Source: a virus
Lineage: Duplodnaviria > Caudoviricetes
Direction: 5' to 3' (one strand)
Length of the DNA: 64,000 nt
Virus record (IMG/VR): IMGVR_UViG_3300044652_000022
Location: 11,154 to 75,153 of that record
The position numbers were made by a program, and so were the translations under genes. The notes under the pieces were generated by a model. It ran no database searches, was not told where the DNA came from, and saw only the letters and a list, made by a program, of their open reading frames with translations. Positions 63,006-64,000 of this stretch are shown here, one piece after another (position 1 is the first letter of the stretch; each line of letters starts with the position of its first letter).

Positions 63006-64000
63006 ATGCCTGTAGGAAATCCTGCGACGGCTGTTTTTCCTGGTTCTGCGGCTGGCGATATCAATACGCTCGTAGCGCAAGTCAATGTCAGTTTGTCCGT
63101 AACACGAACTGTCGCGGCTGGCGACACGGTCATTTACGTGAACTCCTCTATGGGTCCTTGGCCTGCGGTGATTCGCATTGGAAACGAGTTCATAAAAATC
63201 TCGTCTATTCCTGACACTGTTGTTCCTGGTCAAGTAGATTGGCCGTGGTACGTGGCTCCAGGTGGTCGTGGGTTCGAAGGCTCTACCGCCGCCTCCCATG
63301 CGATCGGCGACGTGGTCAGCGTCATCATTTCTGAGACGTACCACAATCAACTAGCGGCGGAGGTCAAGGCGATTGAGGCGTCGCTTCGCTCGGTCCCGAC
63401 GTTTACTGCACCGACGTTCTCAGGAACCTGGGTCAACTGGACTGCGAACGCCTCCGCCTCGCCAGCCGGATACTACAAAGACCCCCAAGGATGGGTCACG
63501 CTTCGCGGACAGGTAACAAACGGATCGGCGGTTTCTGGCGGCTCTGTGATTTTCGTTCTGCCGTCTACACATCGCCCACCCAACACGGTCGGCTTCCAGT
63601 ATTTCATCGTCGCGTCGTACATAGCTGGTTCATTCGGGTTCGCTGGCATTCGCATCGACAACTCTGGGAATGTGATGTACCTCTGGGGTCTCGGAACCAA
63701 CATGCTGATGAACCCCGGTTTCGAGACAGGGAATCTTTTTCCTTGGAAAATACCGTACGGTCCCTGGATAATCGACACTTCCGGACCGAACTCGGGATCG
63801 TACGCTGTCCGGTGTACTCAAGCCACTTCATATCTTTACCAGGATTTTCTGGCGACGGTTGGGGAGACTTACTCTGCGTCGATTCGGTACAAAAGCGTTT
63901 CTCCGAATGGAAACAATCTCCACATTGCCATCGTTTTTCTGGATGCGACAAACACAGTGATCCTCGCCAATAACGACGTTACCCTGACTGCTTCGGCGGC
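63006..64000 (+). CDS. tail fibre/receptor-binding protein 2 with CBM-like extension (truncated by window end)
   Basis: translated by hand, open to the end; paralogue of 62283 protein plus NMLMNPGFETG module. Confidence 0.75.
   Translation, partial: MPVGNPATAVFPGSAAGDINTLVAQVNVSLSVTRTVAAGDTVIYVNSSMGPWPAVIRIGNEFIKISSIPDTVVPGQVDWPWYVAPGGRGFEGSTAASHAIGDVVSVIISETYHNQLAAEVKAIEASLRSVPTFTAPTFSGTWVNWTANASASPAGYYKDPQGWVTLRGQVTNGSAVSGGSVIFVLPSTHRPPNTVGFQYFIVASYIAGSFGFAGIRIDNSGNVMYLWGLGTNMLMNPGFETGNLFPWKIPYGPWIIDTSGPNSGSYAVRCTQATSYLYQDFLATVGETYSASIRYKSVSPNGNNLHIAIVFLDATNTVILANNDVTLTASA

Noticed and set aside
62283-64000. Diversity-generating retroelement TR/VR pair in the fibre genes
   Set aside because: Differences are not adenine-specific, both copies are coding, and there is no reverse transcriptase in the window

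Overview
A 64-kb slice of a tailed dsDNA phage or prophage (siphovirus-like Caudoviricetes, GC-rich). Every supportable gene is on the + strand. Positions 1-21.6 kb hold about 60 mostly small hypothetical early/accessory genes, including a vWA protein, an isolated queC, a DUF4236 protein, a Tad1-like putative anti-defence sponge and three paralogues sharing a winged-helix-like domain. This region is punctuated by seven sigma70-type promoters that all carry an invariant CTATAGTTT box between -35 and -10. Positions 21.6-64 kb hold the morphogenesis module: TerS, tRNA-Gln(UUG), TerL, M15 endolysin, portal, MuF-like head protein, XkdF-type prohead protease, scaffold, cement, major capsid, neck, tail tube, G/GT chaperones with a -1 frameshift, tape measure, tail hub and fibres. 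Cargo genes are interleaved: an iron permease-family protein, MazG-like, three glycosyltransferase-like genes, a LuxR-HTH and several structured intergenic RNAs. The most striking feature is an apparent protease-processed head-cargo system. A 1026-aa polyprotein (ChaB-like, histidine-phosphatase-like, ADP-ribosyltransferase-like, Acb1-like 2H phosphoesterase and PD-(D/E)xK nuclease domains) has module borders that coincide with hydrophobic-x-Lys sites and is translationally coupled to the protease. Three His/Ala-rich proteins share the leader MSL[FL]TSLLL[AT]D[AS][FVI]EK|GGPGSG. No integrase, replicase or repressor is recognisable in the window. The host is tentatively Acidobacteriota (inference from protein style). 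All annotations come from motif recognition by eye; no database search was run.
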